Assembly: GCA_045578255.1 (NCBI GenBank)
Contig: JAZNJW010000003.1
Coordinates: 8,282 to 72,281 of the forward strand
From: Paludibacteraceae bacterium
GTDB taxonomy: Bacteria > Bacteroidota > Bacteroidia > Bacteroidales > Paludibacteraceae
Length of the DNA stretch: 64,000 nucleotides
Direction of reading: 5' to 3'
The notes beneath the pieces were generated by a model that saw nothing but the letters and a program-made list of their open reading frames with translations, was not told the DNA's origin and did not search any database. Position 1 is the stretch's first letter. Each line of letters begins with the position of its first letter. Positions 58,139 through 64,000 of this stretch are shown piece by piece. A program made the position numbers and the translations under genes.

Positions 58139-58735
58139 ATGATGAAGAATAAAAATAAAAAGAATGTAGAGCAACCTGTTGAAAATCAACAGGAAAACTT
58201 AAATGTGCAAACTGAAAACGGAAAGGTGGAAGTAGAGAACACTGAGAGTGTACAAACTGAAGAAGTGTCAGAGACCGAAATGCTGCAAGCCAAAGTGGCA
58301 GAATTGGAAGCACGCGTGGCAGAGTTGGAAGACCTGAAACTGCGTCAAATGGCAGAGTTTGACAACTTCCGTCGTCGTACCAACAAAGAGAAACTGGAAT
58401 TGATGACCACCGCTGGTGAGCGTATCTTCAAAGATATGCTGCCCCTTGTTGATGACTTTGAACGCGCCAAAGATGCGATGGCAAAGACCGATGATATTGA
58501 GGCAGTTCGTCAAGGCATTGAATTGATTTACAATAAGTTTATCGGTTTCTTGGCGGCAAATGATGTGAAAGTAATTGATACAACCGATGCTGATTTTAAT
58601 ACCGATTTGCACGAGGCAATTACCACTTTTGCAGCAGGCGAAGACAAAAAAGGTAAAGTAATCGATTGTACACAAAAAGGATACACCTTGGGCGAAAAAG
58701 TGATTCGCTTTGCGAAAGTAGTCGTAGGAGAATAA
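58139..58735 (+). CDS. grpE: Nucleotide exchange factor GrpE
   Basis: Coiled-coil N-terminus, [23 protein letters not shown], and C-terminal VIRFAKVVV. Confidence 0.93.
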   Translation: MMKNKNKKNVEQPVENQQENLNVQTENGKVEVENTESVQTEEVSETEMLQAKVAELEARVAELEDLKLRQMAEFDNFRRRTNKEKLELMTTAGERIFKDMLPLVDDFERAKDAMAKTDDIEAVRQGIELIYNKFIGFLAANDVKVIDTTDADFNTDLHEAITTFAAGEDKKGKVIDCTQKGYTLGEKVIRFAKVVVGE

Positions 58736-58739
58736 GATT

Positions 58740-59897
58740 ATGGCAGAGAAAAGAGATTATTATGAAGTGCTGGGCGTGGAGAAGAACGCCAGTGCGGATG
58801 AGATAAAAAAGGCGTACCGCAAGAAAGCGGTGCAATATCACCCTGACAAAAATCCAGGTGACAAGGCAGCTGAGGAGAAATTCAAAGAGGCAGCCGAGGC
58901 ATATGAGGTGCTTTCTGACCCGCAGAAACGCCAACGCTATGATCAGTTCGGTCATGCAGGTATGGGTGGTGCTGGCTTCAGTGGCGGCGGCATGAACATG
59001 GAAGATATCTTCTCGCAATTCGGTGACCTATTCGAATCATGGGGCATGGGTGGCGGAGGATTCTCCAGTTTCTTCGGCGGCGGTAGTCGTGGCGGCGGTC
59101 AGCGTGTGCGTAGAGGTAGCGACTTGCGTGTTCGTGTGAAAGTAACCTTGGAAGAGATTGCCACAGGTGTGGACAAGAAAATCAAGGTGAAGAAAATGGT
59201 GAACTGCAAGAGTTGCAACGGCACAGGTAGCGCGGACGGCAACGTGGAGACATGTCCAACATGTAAAGGTTCGGGACGTGTGGTGAGTGCGCAACGTAGT
59301 ATCTTCGGTATGATGCAGGTGCAAAATGAGTGTCCGACCTGTCATGGCGAGGGCAAAATCATCAAAAATAAGTGTACACATTGCCAAGGTAATGGCGTAG
59401 TGCGTGAGGAGGAAATAATTGAGATTCATATCCCCGCTGGTGTGGCTGGTGGCATGCAGATTCCAGTGCATGGCAAAGGTAATGCGGCTCCTCATGGCGG
59501 CGTGAATGGCGATTTGCTGGTACTGATTGAGGAAGAAGAGCACAAAGATTTCTTACGCGATGGTAGCGACTTGGTGTATAACTTGCTGCTGGATATGCCG
59601 ACTGCTATCTTAGGTGGACAAGTGCAGATACCAACCTTGCAAGGCGAGGCGAAGATTACCATCACCCCTGGCACGCAACCTGGTAAGGTTCTGAGAATGA
59701 GAGGAAAAGGTCTGCCTATGATAGACCAATATGCCCGCCAATACGGCACAGGCGATATGCTGATTAACGTGGGTGTGTATATTCCAGAGCACCTCAACAA
59801 GGACGAGAAGAAGATGATTGAGCAACTGCAAAAGAGCGAGAATGTGCGACCTGGCAGCAGCGATAAGAAAAATTTCTTTAAGAATTTGTTTGGATGA
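58740..59897 (+). CDS. dnaJ: Molecular chaperone DnaJ
   Basis: J-domain DYYEVLGV...YHPDKNP, a G/F-rich region and four CxxCxGxG zinc-finger repeats. Confidence 0.97.
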   Translation: MAEKRDYYEVLGVEKNASADEIKKAYRKKAVQYHPDKNPGDKAAEEKFKEAAEAYEVLSDPQKRQRYDQFGHAGMGGAGFSGGGMNMEDIFSQFGDLFESWGMGGGGFSSFFGGGSRGGGQRVRRGSDLRVRVKVTLEEIATGVDKKIKVKKMVNCKSCNGTGSADGNVETCPTCKGSGRVVSAQRSIFGMMQVQNECPTCHGEGKIIKNKCTHCQGNGVVREEEIIEIHIPAGVAGGMQIPVHGKGNAAPHGGVNGDLLVLIEEEEHKDFLRDGSDLVYNLLLDMPTAILGGQVQIPTLQGEAKITITPGTQPGKVLRMRGKGLPMIDQYARQYGTGDMLINVGVYIPEHLNKDEKKMIEQLQKSENVRPGSSDKKNFFKNLFG

Positions 59898-62374
59898 AAA
59901 AGTTTGCACTTTTGATTATGATTTGCCTCGGTATGCAATTGCATGCTGAGGTTTTTCCGTCTTTTGGAGTAGATAGCGTGAGTAGCGAGTTCTTTCGCGA
60001 GTGGTATATCAATGGGGATTTAGGACATTATCTGGATAATTATTCGGATTATGTGGTGTATGAAGCGGAAACCACAGGCGAATGGAACTTGGGCGATATG
60101 AATATCTTTTCGATTGCAGGCAACTCGTTTCGTCAGAATAAGTATTCGCTGAATGGCATGCGCATAGATAGCCGCTATCAAGTGGGCAGTACTATGCTGT
60201 ATACCAATATGTTACGCACGGACTATGTGCTGAATTACCACGAGGGCAAGATTCATTTTACAGATGCCGCCTATCAAAGCCAATCGCTGACACTGAAAGG
60301 TAATGCAGGCAACTTGGGCGGTATATCGCCTGGAACATGTGAGTTGATCAACTTGTTCCACTCATCGGGTGAAGAGCGAACGATGGATAGTCGCCCGATA
60401 GAGATGCGTAATCATGTGATAGGTGCGGGTAGTGTGGAGGCGAGTTTCGCTATTCCTGCGTATGGCAAACGGTATTATCAACATGCGTATGCTCAATATG
60501 GTTCGCGCACGCAGACAGCATTTGACCACACAGGTATATCTGGGATGTATGCAAGTCCCTATTATACAGCGCAATTGGATGGCGAACTGCCTATGGCAAC
60601 GAATAATGTGCTGGATAAGTTGAACTATTATTTTGTAGCGCAGGGTAGGGGAGATATGTATTCGGAGTTGCTGTATAATCGCAATGAAGTGGCAGATTTT
60701 TTAGGCTATACGGCTGCAGTGTATGGAAGCAAGACCTTTGCTAATGGTGGTAGACTGGTGGCAGGTCTGAGCTGGGCTTTGAGCGATGTGCAGCATGATA
60801 GTTTGTCGTTTGCTCGCAATCTATTGGACCACGATGGCGAGGCGTTTGACCCATGGTATGCTGATGGTAAGACAAATGAGGCAAGTTTGTCGTTGCAATA
60901 TGATCAGCGTTTATTGCCATGGTTGCGTGTACATGCTTCAGGGTATAACTCTTTTGTGCATTTCAGTCCGACTACCGCGACTTGGAGCAACGATATGTAT
61001 ATGCAAAGTATAGCCGATAAATCGCGCACACCACTATACACATATCACTGGCAATCATCGGCTTATGGAGCGGGGTTGTTGGAGAATGAAGCTATGGTAG
61101 TGGCGGAATATGAATTGGCGCGTGGACTACGTATGCAAGCGCATTTGGGCGTTTCGTTGGACGGAATACTGTTGAATGGCAAATCGGTGGTAAGCCCCAA
61201 TTGGTTGGCTAAGTTTGCCATGGACTGGAAGCCCAATTGGTGGTTTCAAATGGGGTTGAACCTCTCGCATAATCGTATGAGTTACACTATGAACGAGGTG
61301 CAATACTTGAGCAATGATTATATGAATGGCGAGATTCGCTATGCGGATGGCACCTTGCTTGCCACAACGGGAGGCAAATATCATGCCATAGATAAGAACT
61401 TATGGGCACATCAGCCATCATATGCCGTATTGGATATCCCTATTCGCTTTACTTTCGATAAGCAGTCAAGGCATCAATTCTCGCTGCTGTCTAGCATTCG
61501 CAAGTATTATAACATGTGGTTTACCGATTATAGCGATGGCTTAGAGGCGAATATGTTTGAACAAGATGGTTTGTACTATTGGCGTGAGGGTGAGAAACAT
61601 TATACAGTAGGTCTGCAACCAATGGATTTGATGAGCAGTACGGTGGGCGGACGTACACCTTATTATATGTCGAACGTAGCGAAGTATTCGTACACAGGCA
61701 AGAAATGGTTCGTTAGTGTATCATGGCAGAGTTATTTGATGGCAGGACTCTCTACGATTGGTAATGGTCCGCTACATAATAACATTGGTGTGTTAGCAGA
61801 GTCGAGTGCAAATCCAAATGCGTATAAAGTGATGAGTTACGGCAACTTACCTTATCAAGGAAATTGCCGCTTGAATCAAGATAAGTCTTTTATCTTGCGT
61901 TTGCAGGTTACATATAATGCTTGCAAGTATTTCTCAATCAGCTTGAATGGTAAGTTCAAAGATGGTCAGCCATTTGCTACTTTTGTAGCTGAACCTGTGA
62001 TGGTAGATGGGCACACGCAAGTAGCATTATGTGGCAACGATGCAAAAGGAATCAATATGGCAAACGGCGCTTTTGGCAAACGAGAAGATGCGTTCTTCAA
62101 TTTTGACTTGCGTATGACAGGTCGTTGGTGGATTAAGCAAGTACCTTTCCAATTGGATGTGACGTGCTATAATATCTACGACTTCGGAACAGCATTGACA
62201 GAGTATGTATTTGATGGTTATGACCATCCTACATATCCTTATTGGACCAATGATAGAGGGATTGCCACTATGCAAGATAGTCGCACCTCTATGTCATTGT
62301 GTATCCCTCGAGGGTTGCTCATCAGTTTGCGTATCGGATTGGAGGCGGATAAGAACCATCCAAACACACCATAA
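59894..62374 (+). CDS. Putative outer-membrane protein (826 aa), ATGA-coupled to dnaJ
   Basis: Signal peptide [18 protein letters not shown]. Tyr/Trp/Gly-rich throughout. No plug or TonB-box motif that I can identify. Confidence 0.5.
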   Translation: MKKFALLIMICLGMQLHAEVFPSFGVDSVSSEFFREWYINGDLGHYLDNYSDYVVYEAETTGEWNLGDMNIFSIAGNSFRQNKYSLNGMRIDSRYQVGSTMLYTNMLRTDYVLNYHEGKIHFTDAAYQSQSLTLKGNAGNLGGISPGTCELINLFHSSGEERTMDSRPIEMRNHVIGAGSVEASFAIPAYGKRYYQHAYAQYGSRTQTAFDHTGISGMYASPYYTAQLDGELPMATNNVLDKLNYYFVAQGRGDMYSELLYNRNEVADFLGYTAAVYGSKTFANGGRLVAGLSWALSDVQHDSLSFARNLLDHDGEAFDPWYADGKTNEASLSLQYDQRLLPWLRVHASGYNSFVHFSPTTATWSNDMYMQSIADKSRTPLYTYHWQSSAYGAGLLENEAMVVAEYELARGLRMQAHLGVSLDGILLNGKSVVSPNWLAKFAMDWKPNWWFQMGLNLSHNRMSYTMNEVQYLSNDYMNGEIRYADGTLLATTGGKYHAIDKNLWAHQPSYAVLDIPIRFTFDKQSRHQFSLLSSIRKYYNMWFTDYSDGLEANMFEQDGLYYWREGEKHYTVGLQPMDLMSSTVGGRTPYYMSNVAKYSYTGKKWFVSVSWQSYLMAGLSTIGNGPLHNNIGVLAESSANPNAYKVMSYGNLPYQGNCRLNQDKSFILRLQVTYNACKYFSISLNGKFKDGQPFATFVAEPVMVDGHTQVALCGNDAKGINMANGAFGKREDAFFNFDLRMTGRWWIKQVPFQLDVTCYNIYDFGTALTEYVFDGYDHPTYPYWTNDRGIATMQDSRTSMSLCIPRGLLISLRIGLEADKNHPNTP

Positions 62375-63580
62375 AGCGATACCGTCGAACATACCCCACA
62401 TACAGTCAGTAAGCATATTGAGTGCGTAAAGCGTGAATAACATCATTGCAGATTTACGCGCTCTTTTTTGTGTAAAATATGGAATGCTAAGCCAAGCGAG
62501 TATAAAGAATACTAAACCAGGAATACCTATCTCCATCCATTCGGCAAGGTACTGATTGTGTGCCGCATAGCCGCGTTTGATATAATTTGTTAGTCCGGCT
62601 TTGGCGTATTTCTCTTGGAGATACTGTGTACTCTGTCCTGCGCCCAAGCCATAAAGCGAATAATCATGAGGATCTTCTAATGCTAACCCCCAAATATTTA
62701 AGCGAACATTATCCTCTTTGTCAATATCTCGAATAGATAGCAATTGGTCATATTTGAATTCTTGCATGCGAGGGTGCAAACTCAATACGAATAAACCTGT
62801 TCCAAATGCCACCACGATAAGTGCGATTTTATAGCGCAGGTGGCGAATAGGAAGCCTGTATAGCATCCAAACAGCAATCAACGCAATACCAGATAGAATG
62901 GATGCTCGTGAACCCGTTGCCAAAATCAGGGCTACCATAATGATAATTGCGCCAGCAATGAGCAACCATCCTTTGAATTTACCGAATTTCTCTATTATAT
63001 CTTTGCGCACATATAGCAGAGCCATTATACCCATCATCTCGGTACTACAAAGAAATAAACGGTGTTTGAGATAAGAAATCTTTTCTTCAAAGAAATCAAA
63101 GGTAAGCGGAACAAAGGAATCATTTCCTATTTCCGAATAAAAAGTGTTGGCATTGATAACCCAAAACAAAGTAAATGTGTATAATGCTGCTGCTGCTACG
63201 CATGCAATAGCGAGTACTTTGCAAATCTGTTTCCAATCATACCGTGCATTTACTCCCCATATCCCCACTGGTACAAGCAATCCAAAAAATAGGTATCGTT
63301 CCAGTTGCCAGCCGTAATCATCTATATTTGCTGCCCATAAACCAGAGATGATTTTCCATAGGTACCATGTTCCAAACATAAGGAAGGGTATCGATTTATG
63401 CCAATCTTGTCTCATCGGCTTGCTAAGAAAGCGCCCTTCGAAAACCCATGTCGCAAACCATGCCACAATGGCATAACGTAGTGCTAATTGTGGGAAAGGT
63501 AATAGCGCTACTGTTACTAAGAAAAGGATATAATTGAGTTGCCCTATAAAAGACTTGTATTTTTGCAGAAAATTAGTCAT
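62294..63580 (-). CDS. O-antigen ligase / polymerase (Wzy_C) family membrane protein
   Basis: About 10 TM helices and a GSRASILSG loop motif. Confidence 0.75.
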   Translation of the reverse strand: MTNFLQKYKSFIGQLNYILFLVTVALLPFPQLALRYAIVAWFATWVFEGRFLSKPMRQDWHKSIPFLMFGTWYLWKIISGLWAANIDDYGWQLERYLFFGLLVPVGIWGVNARYDWKQICKVLAIACVAAAALYTFTLFWVINANTFYSEIGNDSFVPLTFDFFEEKISYLKHRLFLCSTEMMGIMALLYVRKDIIEKFGKFKGWLLIAGAIIIMVALILATGSRASILSGIALIAVWMLYRLPIRHLRYKIALIVVAFGTGLFVLSLHPRMQEFKYDQLLSIRDIDKEDNVRLNIWGLALEDPHDYSLYGLGAGQSTQYLQEKYAKAGLTNYIKRGYAAHNQYLAEWMEIGIPGLVFFILAWLSIPYFTQKRARKSAMMLFTLYALNMLTDCMWGMFDGIALWCVWMVLIRLQSDTQTDEQPSRDTQ

Positions 63581-64000
63581 ATAAATTGGTTATTCCTTGT
63601 TTTATGTGTTTCTTCCAGCGATGGGTGATTATATAGTTGACAGCAAATGTTTCATCGATTGCTGTGGCTTGCGCAAAGGTAGCACCAAGTATAGAGAGTG
63701 CATCTTTATCAATATTGAGTCGCTCGAATAATTGTAATCCCTTCTTTAAAGGCATTTTGCGATGAAATTTGATACGATTGAGGTCAATAATTTCAATTTT
63801 GCTCCCATCTTCATTAAAGAGAATGTTCCCGCCAGAATAATCTTGATGTTGGATTCCGCGTTTGTATAATTCCGCCGTAAAACGTCCTATCGCCTGAAGT
63901 ATTTGTGAGCGATTAGGAAAAGTCTTGTCATGAATCAAATCATTGAAAGTGTATTTGCACTCCGATTCTTTGCAGACGTACCAACTTTGGCGAAGGATTC
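63573..64000 (-). CDS. Lipopolysaccharide kinase (Kdo/WaaP/InaA) family protein, N-terminus beyond window edge
   Basis: Catalytic loop HQDYSGGNILF. The frame stays open upstream of the TTG at 63938 as far as base 64000. Confidence 0.7.
   Translation of the reverse strand, partial: ILRQSWYVCKESECKYTFNDLIHDKTFPNRSQILQAIGRFTAELYKRGIQHQDYSGGNILFNEDGSKIEIIDLNRIKFHRKMPLKKGLQLFERLNIDKDALSILGATFAQATAIDETFAVNYIITHRWKKHIKQGITNLYD

Overview
Chromosomal segment of a Bacteroidota (Bacteroidales-like) bacterium. Promoters carry the TAnnTTTG -7 box and several exported proteins end in T9SS sorting domains. The conserved core xerC-hpf-tRNA(Thr,Tyr,Gly,Thr)-tuf-tRNA(Trp)-secE-nusG-rplKAJL-rpoBC spans 12.0-26.8 kb. 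The left flank (0-12 kb) holds a 5'-truncated giant LRR/Flg_new T9SS surface protein, then a co-directional run of exported proteins ending in a PEGA + FGE-sulfatase-domain protein and a serine hydrolase, then two tandem deoxynucleoside kinases. The rest is mostly housekeeping: xerD, lolE-like, rbfA, rpmH, a receiver-less sigma-54 activator, lptE, secG, trpB-like, aroA, DPP III, aroC, ruvB, grpE-dnaJ and LPS genes. Two things stand out. (i) A visibly AT-rich four-gene accessory island at about 43.0-47.6 kb sits between DPP III and a nucleoside phosphorylase. It holds a GmrSD-type DUF262/DUF1524 nuclease translationally coupled to an unrecognisable 214-aa ORF, a RhuM-family gene and a 68-aa hyper-acidic ORF. 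This is the best candidate for an undescribed defence module. (ii) A family of short, word-like tandem or palindromic repeats occurs at intergenic junctions and also in frame inside conserved genes (aroA x3, aroC x2, a GT2 glycosyltransferase, a DUF5686-like outer-membrane protein). Identical sequence cores are shared between different genes, which recalls Rickettsia palindromic elements. No rRNA, CRISPR array, transposase or prophage was seen.
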